64,000 nt of DNA from Octopus sinensis (GCF_006345805.1 NC_043008.1:69378001-69442000); one strand, 5' to 3'. Counted from the stretch's first letter, positions 1-12,539 are shown. Numbers and translations are program-made. The notes: generated by a model from the sequence alone, not told the origin.

Positions 1-1067
1 TAGTTGTTAGCGCTAGTAATAATAAAAACAACAATCATAACAATAAAAACTTCGTCTTGATCTCGGAAGACAACCCTAACAATAAAATTTTTGTCTAGTA
101 ATTCCAAAATTAAGAATTCCATTTACCAGTGTAGAATTTCTTCCGGTACCGATGTTTTCTTCTATATAGGAGCGTCCACTTCTCAGTTATCCAAGAGAGT
201 TTCTAACCACTATTCGACATTCAGAGATAGGAAAAAACGACATAGTACAGGGCTAGGTAAATTAGTTTGGCGTCTTAAAGACAACGATATAACTTTCAAG
301 TTGGATTGGTTCATATTGTTTGTATCCTTTCCTTTTGATAAGGGCAGGAGATTTTGTAACATTTGTAACTGAGCTCTTCCATATTCTTTTCGCTAAGGTT
401 CCCCTAGTAAACACACTCATAGAAAAATCGTACAAATGTAAACATTGGCAGAAACACATTTTCTACTCATATAAATGATAACGATAGTCACTGTGGTTTT
501 AACAATTACCTTCACGTCCACACCACTGCTATAGAGAAATTCTTTCCTAAGCCTCCGAGCATTCTTTCAATCAACGTACACTTCCCCTTCCCTACCTATT
601 ACTCCTTTATATATTCCTTTACTACTACCTACCTTTGACGTATGTCTATCTCTCACACACACAATCACACACACAGACACAAATGCAGTTATATACACAC
701 ACACATACAGACACACACACACAAACACTCGCACTCATTAACACAAGCACCCACCCACACATTTCCATACATACAGCAAACATACTGTCCCCTACCTATT
801 TTTTACTTCCTCCTACTATCCATTTTTGACGTCAATGCTTATAACGGATTTTTTAAAAAAACACTCATTATCGCTTTGGTTACCATGTAGGCAATCATCG
901 AAATTTTTGTTTGTGTTGCTGTTGAGAGAGGCTCCTTTTCTTTCCTGATGAGAAGATTGCATAATGCACCCTTTATTCCGTCGGAATGAAAATATGCTGT
1001 CTTCGAAACAAGTGTCGAGAGTAAAGGAATTTTGTTAACATCTTCGTTCGACTCCTTCTTTCATGTA

Positions 1068-1070
<3 letters not shown>
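1..1070 (+). mobile_element. Penelope-like retroelement 3' portion: decayed GIY-YIG endonuclease, 3' region and pseudo-LTR with hammerhead
   Basis: ORF 91-372 reads IYQCRI..FYIGAST..RVSNHYSTF..HSTGLGKLVW.LKD..W.IL..FCNICN, typical of the PLE GIY-YIG domain, and is disrupted by a stop/frameshift. A hammerhead follows at 933-1028 and the element ends in (TA)n. Confidence 0.85.
933..1028 (+). ncRNA. Type I hammerhead ribozyme (PLE-associated)
   Basis: CUGAUGA core at 945-951. Stem II GAAGA..GCAUA / UAUGC..UCUUC. GAAAC-AAGU-GUC with the cleavage triplet at 1014-1016. Stem I UCCUUUUCUUUC / GAGAGUAAAGGA. Confidence 0.85.
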
Positions 1071-1106
<36 letters not shown>

Positions 1107-1261
1107 GTATGTGTATTTTTCCAATGTGTACAAATAAAACACGGAAAAAGTAAATAAATAGTTACCTGGGTACCAAAAATTCACATAAGTGCCAAGGATG
1201 TTACAGCTTACTTATAAAGGTAAAAATTCCTGGGTTTAGTGAATTGTTTTTGAATACATAG

Positions 1262-1646
1262 ATAAATTAAGAAATGGAGTTAAAAGCAAGTATTATTCAA
1301 ATCTTTATACTTTTGACATATGTTTCGAAGAAAACATTGGTATAATTCCTGAAGGAATAAAATGATATAAAACAATGTGATCATCAATAAGCCATTTTAA
1401 CCGATGGTGATTACCACGAATATGATGAAGGGGAAATCTAGCAAGTTACTTTTTAAAAAACCCTTAATAGATTTAACGTCAAAGGCAATTTAGAGAAAGG
1501 GAAGTTGGAGGAAAAAAGAAATTGACAGAAAATTAAGAGTAGAGAAATATAGTGCGATAGATGGGTGGAAATAAGCTTAAAAGCGTTTGACATATGTCGG
1601 AAATATAAAGATTTGAATAACACCTGCGTTTAACTCCATTTCTTAA

Positions 1647-1650
<4 letters not shown>
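1262..1650. repeat. Inverted pair of PLE pseudo-LTR fragments (about 60-bp arms at 1265-1323 and 1590-1649) with a degenerate minus-strand hammerhead
   Basis: aattaagaaatggagttaaa..tattcaaatctttata..gacatatgt is reverse-complemented at 1590-1649. The minus strand carries UUGAUGA...CUUC-GAAAC-AUAU-GUC. Confidence 0.65.
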
Positions 1651-1681
<31 letters not shown>

Positions 1682-1687
<6 letters not shown>

Positions 1688-1945
1688 AGAGTTTCCGACA
1701 AGAACAAAAGACGGAGACACGTGGTGTACATACCAAACAGATGTATTAGTATAACGCTCAGGAAGAGAAAAAGTCTTTTACGTTTCGAGCCTACGCTCTT
1801 CTACACAAAGGGAACACAGAAAAAACAAGGAGAGAAACAAGGAGAGAAAAAAAGGTGAGAAAAAAAGGAGAGAAAAAAAGGAGAGAAAAACAAAGAGAGA
1901 AAGAAAGAAGAGAAAAAATGTGTATAGTGGCTAACGATCTAGGCT
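1682..1945 (-). mobile_element. Non-autonomous repeat with GAGC-loop-GCUC-GAAACGU hammerhead-like motif (copy 1)
   Basis: Homologous by eye to 15570-15696 (+) and 30125-30307 (-). Abuts (TA)n. Confidence 0.6.
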
Positions 1946-2624
1946 TGGAGGTTGTGGTGATGTTGGCTGGTGCGATTTTGTGGTTTGCTGGTATGCCGAG
2001 AGAGATCCAGCTCTGTTTCTCATATTTTAAGTACAGCTGCCTTTTATCTTGTCCCATGTGTTTTGATCCTGTTGATCACGATCTCTCTTATTTTGAAAAT
2101 ACAATTGTCTTTGGTCCTGGCTCATTTGTTCTATTATTTGCTGATTCCTTTCCCGCCTATGCCGTAGGATACGCTTCCTCTCCCCTTGGGTTATTTCGTT
2201 CCTTCTCTGTATCATCCGCGTGCGATTTTGATTCCTTATTTCCTCACACTGTTCCTTGCACAACTGTTCTCGTCTTGCGTTCCTCATGCGATTATCCATA
2301 TTTTAAAATTTTTATTAAAACAATAAATTTCCAAAATGATTCAGAGTGTTTCAATTAAAAAACGTATACGAATGTATTAGACTGTTTTGTTTAAAGGATG
2401 AAAATATTTCTGAAATTTGCAAGGACACAGTATATCGGATACGGTAATTAATTATATTGTAGGAAAGTAAAAAGTAAAAGGAAAATATAGAATTAATATT
2501 TTTGATTTTGTTCGTATTCTGTAGTAAAAAAACCGAGAACATAGTACAGTATTTATGATTATCCGTCCGCCGCTCTTTTGCTTGGTTTTGTTATGGGTTC
2601 CGTTAATTATTATTATTATTATTA

Positions 2625-2667
<43 letters not shown>

Positions 2668-2703
2668 AATTATTATATTTTATTCCTTTAACTCAAGTTT
2701 TTG

Positions 2704-2812
2704 TTGGCTCATTGGTTAGGACAGCGGACTCGCTGTCGCAAGATCGCGGATTCGATTCCCAGACCGGGTGTTGTAACTGTTTGTTGAGCAAAAAACACCT
2801 AAAGCTCCACGT
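2704..2812 (+). mobile_element. tRNA(Arg)-like SINE head, 3'-truncated
   Basis: A box tggctcattgg, gcggactcg, B box gattcgattccc. Matches the 5' part of 10926-11290. Confidence 0.75.
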
Positions 2813-2864
2813 GTTCTCCGATCAGCCACGTTCTCTGATTTATGTTAATATCACTTGTTGCCTC

Positions 2865-3088
2865 TCGTTAATGCCCACTTTTCACACAGTTTCCCATGTG
2901 GCACTTTCGCTGCCTCATTATGTCGCCACAACTTATATTGCTTTTGAGCAAGTCGAGGTCATGTATTCACAATATTGGTACCGGTTTCGTCAAATCCATT
3001 ACTAATTCGACACTGCAGAGACTCTTGCTCATTGCTAAAGCTGACTTTCCACTATATGGTCAAAGCTTGGTCTTGTGCTGCAAGCATA

Positions 3089-3146
<58 letters not shown>

Positions 3147-3335
3147 CTTATCAGGTGTTCCTTTCTTTAACCAGTCCCACCTATGTTCTCCAGCATCTTC
3201 AGTTGTGGCTACATGGAATTGATTGTGCAGTTCCTTGTTGGGTATCGCTTCTTTATGTCCTTTTTATACTTCTTGTAAAGGTCTTTTCTTCTTTTCATGC
3301 TTTCAATATGCCCTTTTCTCTAACTGCCAACCATA
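2865..3335 (-). mobile_element. Decayed Dong/R4-clade LINE fragment (post-RT, CCHC, start of restriction-like endonuclease), interrupted by (CT)n
   Basis: The minus strand translates WDWLKKG..ETE[(GA)n]STMLAAQDQAL..CRI...DET..IV..PRLAQKQYKLWRHNEAAKV.H.KLCEKW. Confidence 0.85.
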
Positions 3336-4981
3336 TCAATAAAAGCAGATTTACTTTCTCTCAAGAGAGGGAAACACCTATGTCGTCTATCATCAGTACT
3401 TATAACAATGGCGCAGATGGCACGGAGAATGGTACATATGTGGAGAGCGTATCAATAGAACCTAACTTAAACCCCTACACGTTCTAATTATACTAATGAT
3501 AATACACCAAATAGAAAGATTACTAAGCCAAATACCGCCAACTGTAACTTCAAAAACAAGATAACTGTCATCTACTATCTCGTTGAAAAATAGTTGGCAT
3601 TGTATATAAATGATCAGTCCTAAATAGACTCCAAAAACTCCATCAAGGTTTATACTGGGGTTACTATTATACATAAGGAAAAATACTCCGCGTATTTAAA
3701 TCCATTTCAGTAGGAAAAACAGTAAATCTAATTCTTTTGTAGAACATAGACATTACCTTAAGGAAAATATATAGCCCATGGCACAGCCTGATCCATCATT
3801 AACTCGAACCTTCCATAACATGGCCAAAATACTCAATGCTGGTTACGTGTGAAGGAATCTATACAGATACTGTCATATAAACGAGCGCAGTCATTAAGTA
3901 AGCAGCATGAATCATTTCCCTCTTGTTCTCATAAATGTTTCAAAACATAAATTCTATTACAAATCCAGATGCAGTCAGACAACTACCTCTATAGAGCTAC
4001 CTAACACTTTACTTTCTCTGATATGTAGTGCAGATATGGTATTAGCTCACTTAATTAAATTAACACTTTTAACCTGTCATCATGTTCTTCTATTTTATTT
4101 TGTTTCATAGATTCTTATTTTGTTCCCCTCCCCTAATTAATATATCTGTACCTCATATACATCATAATTTATGTAACACCTATTCATTTGCAGCAAAATT
4201 ATTAAATAAGCACCACGAGCCATTCTCGTCTTGTGTTCATCAAATTCAGTGAGACATCTACATCTGTAGAGACATCAGATATTTTCCCAATAACATGTAG
4301 TTCAAAAACGATATAAACTCATTTAATCAAATTAGTATATTTACTTTTCATCATACTCCTTTGTTGTATAAACTTTTGTTAACCCTTAAAAAAAAACACA
4401 AGTACAGTGTAATACATAAATCCATATACACATACACAAGACAGACGTGCTAAACATATAAATACACACACAATCACACACACACACATACACGCACACA
4501 CACACACCCAAATACAAGCGCAAACGCATGCATAGATAGGGATAGATACCACAAAAAGACAAAATGGAATAAGCAGAACAAAAGAAGACACGGAGGATAG
4601 AGACTTGCTTCTTATGTCCGTAGCAATGGAACACGTCAAACAACTGCGGTATCTATCTTCGCTGTCTTCTCCAAGGTTTCACTGGCGGAGATAGCCGTAG
4701 ATTTATCGACGTACTCCATTTCGCCTTGTCCGAGATTGACGAGTGTGTGGTTGGGCTCTACCAATTTACATGACTTTGTATTCTACAGGGCTAATCTGCC
4801 GGCCTGCTTTTCACCGTAAAATGTGCAGAGTACTTGTCGGGATTGACAGCGTATCCTCGTCGGAACATAATAAAGCCAAGTGGATTCCAAAGCCACCAAT
4901 TTATCCGGTCCGACACTAACATATATATATGTGTGTGTGCTTCTGTGTATGTGTGTGTGTGTGTGTGTGTTGTGTATGTGT

Positions 4982-5395
4982 AGGCGCAGGCGTAGCTGTG
5001 TGGTGAAGAGCTTGCTTTTTCCAACCACATGGATCTGAGTCCAGTCCCACTGCGTGGCAGCTTGAGCAAGTATCTTCTACTATATCCTCGGGCCGACCAA
5101 AGGCTTGTGAGTGGATTTGGTAGACGGAAACTGAAAGATGCCCACCGTATATACATACATATATATGTGTGTGTGCGTGTGTGTGTGTGTGTGTGTGAGT
5201 GTCTGTGATTGCATCCCCCCCCATCACCGCTTGACATCAAGCAGTCATGCGAGTACATCCCCGTAACTTAGAGATTCAGCAAAGGAAATCGATAGAAAAT
5301 AAGTACTAGACTTTAGAATAATTCCTGAGGTCGATTTGTCAAGGTGGTACTCCAACATGGCCACCGTCAAATGACTGAAACAAGTAAAACAATAA
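4982..5395 (+). mobile_element. Long tRNA-derived SINE (family A, internal (TG)n)
   Basis: ggcgcaggcgtagctgtgtggt..gtcccactgcgtggc..cttctactata..gacggaaactgaaag, then (TG)n, ending atgactgaaacaagtaaaa. Many copies occur in the window. Confidence 0.85.
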
Positions 5396-5921
5396 AAATA
5401 ACACACACACACACACACGCTCACACATATGTTACTGGTATTCCGTCTGTTACGACGACAAGGATTCTAGCTGTGTCATGGAATTTTGTCAGTGAACAGG
5501 TCGCGGTTTCAAAGCGACGAATATATTTTGACAAATTTCGAGGTCGAACCCAAAAGAGTAAACAAGTGAGATAGAGACATGCAAAAACAAGGAAAATGCC
5601 ACTTGTATTTGAATACTATGAAAATATTCCTTTAAAATATTTTTCATTTAATTTTTCCAAAATTTAATTGTTTTCCATATTTACAGTTGAAAAAATCTCT
5701 GTGACCGAAAACCAGCACAAAATGTTTTTATAAATTATTTTAGCATGTTCTACCCTGACTGGTTTCCCATATATATATATTATATATATATATATATATA
5801 GATATATAATATATAATATATGCTCGTGTGTTCCTTTTCAACCCTTACAACACAACACACACACATATATATATATATATATAATATTATATATATATAT
5901 AATATAATATATTATATATAT

Positions 5922-6886
5922 ATATTGACTTGGCAAGAAAGTAATTCGTTTTTTTTTTGTGTGTGAATAAAAGTATTTTGTTTTCATACAAAGAATGAAC
6001 TTTAATCAATTATATGTTTTCCATTTTGTTCGACGATCTTTTGTCATCTTTCTGGCAATATCATGATTCCGCGTTCATAAAACGTCTGCTGCTTATCACC
6101 CAAAAACTGAAGTTTTACCATTCAAAGAATTTTGCAAACCGCGAAACAAATGGTAATCTGATGGTGAGAGGTCAGGGCTATATGGTGGATGTGACCTCAC
6201 TTTCCACCCGAGCTTCAATAATTTTTCCCGAGTTAGCAAAAACGTGTGTGATCCAGCCTTGTCATGGTGGAATATGATTCCTTTAGGATTTGGCAGTTCT
6301 GGCTGTTTTTCTTTGATTGCTTCTTCCAGTTTCATTAGTTCTTCACAGTAAACAACTAAATTGATCGTTTGGTCCTTGGAAGCAGCTCAAAATACACAAC
6401 ACCTTTGTAATCCTACCAAACTGACAGCATGGCCTGTTTTGATGCAATTCAGCTTTCGATGTGGTTTGTGCTAGTTCATTGCACTTGGACCATGATCGAT
6501 TTCGATTGTTGTTATTGTAGACAATCTATTTTTCATCACCGGTGACGGTTCGTTTGAAAAAAAGGTCGATTACATTGCGTTTTAGATGCGTATCGCAAAT
6601 ATTGATTCGTTTTATAAAGTGAATCTCTTTCAATTAATGTGGAACACAAGTGTCGAGTTTCTTAACAAGTCCAAGACATTTTAAGTGATTTTCAATTGTT
6701 GTGTGTGATACATTTAACCTCTCTGCAATCTCTCGCAATTATGGCTTTGATTCGGTCATCATCAACTTCAGTAGGTCAAACAGAACGTTGATCATCTTTG
6801 AGTGAAAAATCTCCAGAAGAGAATTTTTAAAACCATTCCTGACATGTACATTCTGTTAAGCAATCAACACCATAAACTTCACATAT
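5922..6886 (-). mobile_element. Mariner (DD34D) transposon relic, cut by assembly gap
   Basis: IIFHHDKAGSH..HPPYSPDLSPSDYHLF (6096-6335). HTH remnant ICEVYGVDCLTE..QEWF near 6830-6886. TIR-like end next to TA at about 5922. Confidence 0.9.
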
Positions 6887-6986
6887 NNNNNNNNNNNNNN
6901 NNNNNNNNNNNNNNNNNNNNNNNNNNNNNNNNNNNNNNNNNNNNNNNNNNNNNNNNNNNNNNNNNNNNNNNNNNNNNNNNNNNNNN
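6887..6986. other. Scaffold gap (100 N)
   Basis: Run of exactly 100 n. Confidence 1.
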
Positions 6987-7145
6987 AATCATTTCTGTGC
7001 AGTTCTTTCAGTCATGGCGCTTTTACCGTTCGCAGCGCAAATATCTCGAGCGGCTTTGGCAGATATGAAGCCTTGTTTGAAATTTGAAAGCGAAGAGAAA
7101 CAAGTATCGAAAACGGTCACTTTTTTCTACTTGGAACTCCATAAA
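6987..7145 (-). mobile_element. N-terminal HTH fragment of a second, different mariner
   Basis: Minus strand reads FRYLFLFAF..QG..SAKAARDICAANGKSAMTERTAQK. Confidence 0.75.
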
Positions 7146-7719
7146 CGTATATCTAAAAAAAAAATGATAACATTTATTCAAATTTCAAAAAGAGGATAAG
7201 TAAGATTGCAGAGGAAGGATACGACAAAATAAAAATAAATAAATAAAACAAAACAAAACAACAACAAAAACGCATAAAACACTGCGATAAAAATAATGCT
7301 CGTGTTAATTCAAATAACATTGGAAAGAAGTAATCGAAATTATCCGATAACCCAATACATTGGAACGAAAATTCCACACGCTGCCCAATCACGTTTCGCA
7401 CATGCCTAAGACATATACTCAACCATATTTGGAAGCTAGGGAGAGTTTCTGTTGGAAGTATGTAATTAATTATTTAGTTGATTAATTTTACTTAAAGTTT
7501 TTATTTAGTGTTTTCCTTTAATGAGATATGTGGCTTTACGATTTTCTGTTATTTCTGGTCACGATAGCGACAAAGACGTAACGAAGTCGATAAAGTGTTG
7601 AATAATAAATGATTAATAATACATTCACAGATATTTATGACTGTAAGTAGGAGACATACGTCTCCTATATGTATTTATACAAATTGACTTAGCCCTCCCT
7701 CTCCCTGTCTCTCTTTCTT

Positions 7720-7759
<40 letters not shown>

Positions 7760-7761
7760 CC

Positions 7762-7793
<32 letters not shown>

Positions 7794-8138
7794 TATATAC
7801 ATATATATACATTGATAATATATAGACATATATATATGTGTGTGTGTGTGTGTGTGTCTATTTATATATGTATGTATGTCTGTGTATGTTAGTGTATTTA
7901 TTCATTTTCGTATATACGTTCATGTGTGTATACATTTATTTGAGAAGGAAGCATCTAAGAACAAAAGCTGCTTGTTTTTCAGATCGAAATATAGTTCAAA
8001 CTAGGTTAACAGTTAATAACAGAGATGAAAATGTTTTACATCCATACATCCATACGTACCGATACATGTGTTCATATATGTATATATATGCATATATATA
8101 TGTGTGTATACATATACATACATATGTATATATATATA

Positions 8139-9030
8139 TAAGAATGAATGTTTTTATATATAATGAACGTGAAATACAGGAAGGGACGAACACGGAACAC
8201 AGACAAAAATCATTCGAAGCCTTCAATCTTCAGTCAGACACCGAATCATCATAGCAAATTTCGGCTGTTCAATTCTGAATTTGCTCCAACTCGGCCAGCC
8301 CCAAGAAAAAAAAACTAAGCTGTAAGCATTAGATTTCTTGGTAGAAGACAGGAATGTGAACGCACAAGACGGATGTGAATACAAGAGACGAAAAACGAAA
8401 TTGAAAACAGTAATGAAAAAACAAAATGTATATAACGGTGGTTGTCATACGACTTTAGACCAAATGAGACAAAACAACAACATAGCAGCTGCGTAGAAAT
8501 AATTACCGTTTCGGTAGCGGGGACACATGTGGTCGAGATACGAAGGCCAACAGAATGGTTGAAGAAGCAGCAGGTCAGGAGAGAGAGAAAGAGAGACAGA
8601 GAGGGAGGGAATCAAAGAGGGTGGAAGGCAGGGGACAGAATCAGTGACCAAGAGAGAAGAGAAGAAAGAAGGGATTAAGGAGGATGGGAGGAAGAGGGGG
8701 GAGGATGGGAGGAAGAGAGGGGAAGAATCGGAGGGCGCCAAAAAGTTGGTGTGTTGTGAAGAAGCATGGCGTGGTAGTAAAGACAGTGTGTATAGAAGTC
8801 GTGCAGGGTTTAAAATTGGACAAACAACGGGGGGTGCACGTAACGCCGCAATAATATAAGAATGAATGTTTTTATATATAATGAACGTGAAATACAGGAA
8901 GGGACGAACACGGAACCTTCGAATGATTTGTCTGTGTTCCGTGTTCGTCCCTTCCTGTATTTCACGTTCATTATATATAAAACATTCATTCTTATATTAT
9001 TGCGGCGTTACGTGCCCCCCCCCGTTTGTT
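8139..9030. mobile_element. PLE-like non-autonomous insertion with direct and inverted terminal repeats (near-perfect 94-bp hairpin)
   Basis: 8139-8198 is repeated directly at 8858-8916. 8823-8916 pairs with 8936-9030 around a 19-nt loop. (TA)n flanks. Confidence 0.6.
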
Positions 9031-9168
9031 ATATATATATATACATATATATAGATTTTTTAATATATACATATATATATACATACATACATACATATAT
9101 ATATGTATGTATACATATATATAAATATATATATGTATAAATATATATATATATTATATATATATATA

Positions 9169-9206
<38 letters not shown>

Positions 9207-9212
9207 TATATA

Positions 9213-9263
<51 letters not shown>

Positions 9264-9362
9264 TATATACACATATAATATATATATTATAATATATATA
9301 TATATACACACACACACATATATATATATATATTATATATATTATATATACACATACATATA

Positions 9363-10470
9363 TAATGGTCGGCTGGAAAGTTCATAGTCGAACAAGATAA
9401 ATCATGAATGTGACCAAAGCAGATTTATTTTTCAACATATTGCCCCTTGCAGTCCACACACGTCTTCTGTCGGTATTGCAGCGCTTGGATCACGTTGGTA
9501 AAAGTCATTTAATCCTGTTGGGGAAAAAAGTCATCACCAATATTTAAGACGTCATCATTCATGCGAAAACTGGTTCCCAGTCATTTGTTCTTTCATGTTC
9601 CGGAACAGATGATGGACAGATGAAGCCAAATCAGGAAAATCATGAGTGTGATTAACCAAAGCCACATTCGTGTACAGCAGCTATTGAAATCAAGACTTGT
9701 GAGCCGGAGTAATGTCCTGATGATACAAGACCCCTTATTTTTCCTGGGAGTGCCTCAGCAATTCGCATACTACTCACCATTGATGCTGTGGCCATTTTGA
9801 ACATAGTAAGCATAATACCTTTCGTAAACCAATAAACTGAGGCTGTCACCTTCCTGACAGATGAAACGACCTTGGTCTTCTTTGGTTCTTTGGATTAAGT
9901 GAGAAGAGGTACAGATTTCGCTTTGCCTCTGGCTCAAAATGATGAAGCGAACATTCATCCTGGGTTAAGAAATGTTCATGGAAATCAGCTGGATCTCTCC
10001 CAGACAGTGTCAGATATTCCGGTGATTTGGTTAGGCTTTTATGCTTTGATCAGGTGTCAGACGACGTGGAACTCGCTAAGCAGTAAGCTTCGTCATGTCA
10101 AATTCATTGTGAATAATGTCCCCTCTCACCAGGATATGTTAATATTGGCTATTTGATTTATATTCCTTCCGCTGTCATCCATCTGCTTGTGGTGAATGCG
10201 ATCAATGTTTTTATCAGTGGTTGCAGTTGCAAGATGTCCAAAACTTGGGTTATCTTCAAAACTCTCACCTCTCTGCGAAATGAAGCTTCCCACTTTTGCA
10301 TTATTGATAAAGATAGCACGTCATCCTATCGATGACAGCATGAATGATGTTGGGGGTTAGAGCCTTTTTTTCTGCAGGCATTTGATTACACAATGATGCC
10401 AAATGTCGTCCCTTTCCAAGAGAATTTGCTACTAGTTACTTTTGAAATCTTTTCTGACCTGTCAATGTCA
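9363..10470 (-). mobile_element. Decayed mariner transposon
   Basis: Minus strand GVLYHQDITPAHK (the HQDNAPAH motif). TIR-like ggtcggctggaaagttcatag next to (TA)n. Many stops. Confidence 0.75.
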
Positions 10471-10502
10471 TTTGGCCCGGAAAGAAACGATGCACTTAAT
10501 AA

Positions 10503-10710
10503 TTATTTCTACTTCATGCACAAGGCCTTGAAAATATTGGCGGAAGGGACTAGTCGATTACATCGAACCAAGTACGTGACTGGCACTTATTACATCGATC
10601 CCGAAATGATGAAAGGTAAGGTCGGCGGAATATGAACTCAGAACACAGCAGCAGACGAAATACTGTTAAGCATTTTCCCGGCATTCTACCGATTCTGCCA
10701 GCTCGCCGCC
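10503..10710 (-). mobile_element. Short tRNA-derived SINE (family B)
   Basis: Minus strand ggcggcgagctggcagaatcggtag..tgagttcatattccgcc..aggccttgtgc..tagaaata. Confidence 0.85.
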
Positions 10711-10925
10711 TTAATGCACGTATTAATAATAATAGTTGAAATTAATACATGCAAGTTTTCACGACTTTGGCACAACTCCTTCATAGTTTGCCTATGAACT
10801 TTTCAGACCACCCTCGTATACACACACACACACACGTGTACACACACGCGCGCGCACACATACACGTATATATTTACACATACATGTGCGTGTTTGTATG
10901 TATCTGCATGTATATGTATATATAG

Positions 10926-11290
10926 TGGATGCGCAATGGCCCAGTGGTTAGGGCAGCGGACTCGCGGTTTCGATTCCCAGACCGGGCGTTCTGAGTGTTT
11001 ATTGAGCGAAAACACCTAAAGCTCCACGAGGGTCCGGCAGGGAGGGGGCGAACCCTGCTGTACTCACTCACCACAATTTTCTCTCACTCTCTCCTCCTGT
11101 TTCTGATGTACCTGTATTTCAAAGAGCCAGCCTTGTCACACTCTGTCACGCTGAATCTCCCCGAGAACTACGTTAAGGGTGCATGTGTCTGTGGAGTGCT
11201 CAGCCACTTGCACGTTAATTTCACGAACAGGCTGTTTCGTTGATCAGATCAACTGGAACCCTCGTCGTCGTAACCGACGGAGTGCCAACC
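10926..11290 (+). mobile_element. tRNA(Arg)-like SINE, near full length (OR-type octopus SINE suspected)
   Basis: A box tggcccagtgg, TCG anticodon remnant, B box tttcgattccc, tail ccctcgtcgtcgtaaccgacggagtgcc followed by (CATA)n. Confidence 0.8.
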
Positions 11291-11301
11291 ATATACATAC
11301 A

Positions 11302-11362
<61 letters not shown>

Positions 11363-11449
11363 GGGGGGTGACAGAGATAGATTGATAGATAGATAGATAG
11401 ATATATGTATCAAATGAAATAAAACGAAAAACAGGACACAAAGGATGTC

Positions 11450-11539
11450 GCGGTACATATGTTTCGAGCTTTACAAAACACCTATTCTACTCAATGCATA
11501 ATCGACGTAACAGATAGTTTAAAAGCTCTCTTCAGCCGC
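11450..11539 (-). ncRNA. Intact type I hammerhead ribozyme, copy 1
   Basis: Minus strand GCGG-CUGAAGA-GAGCUUU...AAAGCUC-GAAAC-AUAU-GUA|CCGC. All core nucleotides are present and stem III is palindromic (ACAUAUGU). Confidence 0.9.
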
Positions 11540-11699
11540 ATGCAATTGCTACACCAAAGACCTGTATCACATTATGAAAGGTTTGAGAAAGAACATTTGG
11601 TATTATTTATAAAGGTAGGTAAACCGAGTATCACTAGGAAAGTATGTTTGTAAGTCTTCATAATCAAATAGGCGTACAGGGTATTATTAGACTCCCAAA

Positions 11700-11746
<47 letters not shown>

Positions 11747-11760
11747 CATACATACATACA

Positions 11761-11792
<32 letters not shown>

Positions 11793-12027
11793 GTCAATCC
11801 AAACATGAACACGCAAGAAAAAACAACAACGCGAGGACGTGGAATAAGTACAGTGTTATTGGACGCTCAGGAAAGGAAAGAAAAGAAAGAGGTTTTCACG
11901 TTTCGAGCGGTATTCTTCATCAGAAATATAGAAAAATTCCAAAGGGAAGACGGAGGAAAAAATCGCCAACGATACACACGCGGTCATATTGATAGATATA
12001 TGAATGTGTTTATGCATATATATATAT

Positions 12028-12092
<65 letters not shown>

Positions 12093-12181
12093 GGGGTGAC
12101 AGAGATAGATTGATAGATAGATAGATAGATAGATATATGTATCAAATGAAATAAAATGAAAAACAGGACACAAAGGATGTC

Positions 12182-12274
12182 GCGGTACATATGTTTCGAG
12201 CTTTACAAAACAACCTATTCTTACATCAATGCATAATCGACGTAACAGATAGTTTAAAAGCTCTCTTCAGCCGC
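12182..12274 (-). ncRNA. Intact type I hammerhead ribozyme, copy 2
   Basis: Same core and stems as copy 1. Differences lie only in the stem II extension/loop. Confidence 0.9.
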
Positions 12275-12434
12275 ATGCAATTGCTACACCAAAGACCTGT
12301 ATCACATTATGAAAGGTTTGAGAAAGAACATTTGGTATTATTTATAAAGGTAGGTAAACCGAGTATCACTAGGAAAGTATGTTTGTAAGTCTTCATAATC
12401 AAATAGGCGTACAGGGTATTATTAGACTCCCAAA

Positions 12435-12481
<47 letters not shown>

Positions 12482-12507
12482 CATACATACATACATACAT
12501 ACATACA

Positions 12508-12539
<32 letters not shown>

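Noticed and set aside
2975-3487. 170-aa plus-strand ORF that looks like a terminal exon with a TM helix
   Set aside because: Most of it is the antisense of a Dong/R4 LINE fragment. The apparent polypyrimidine acceptor is the (CT)n expansion.
10926-10990. tRNA gene-like sequences (also 2704, 56282)
   Set aside because: Incomplete cloverleafs attached to SINE bodies.
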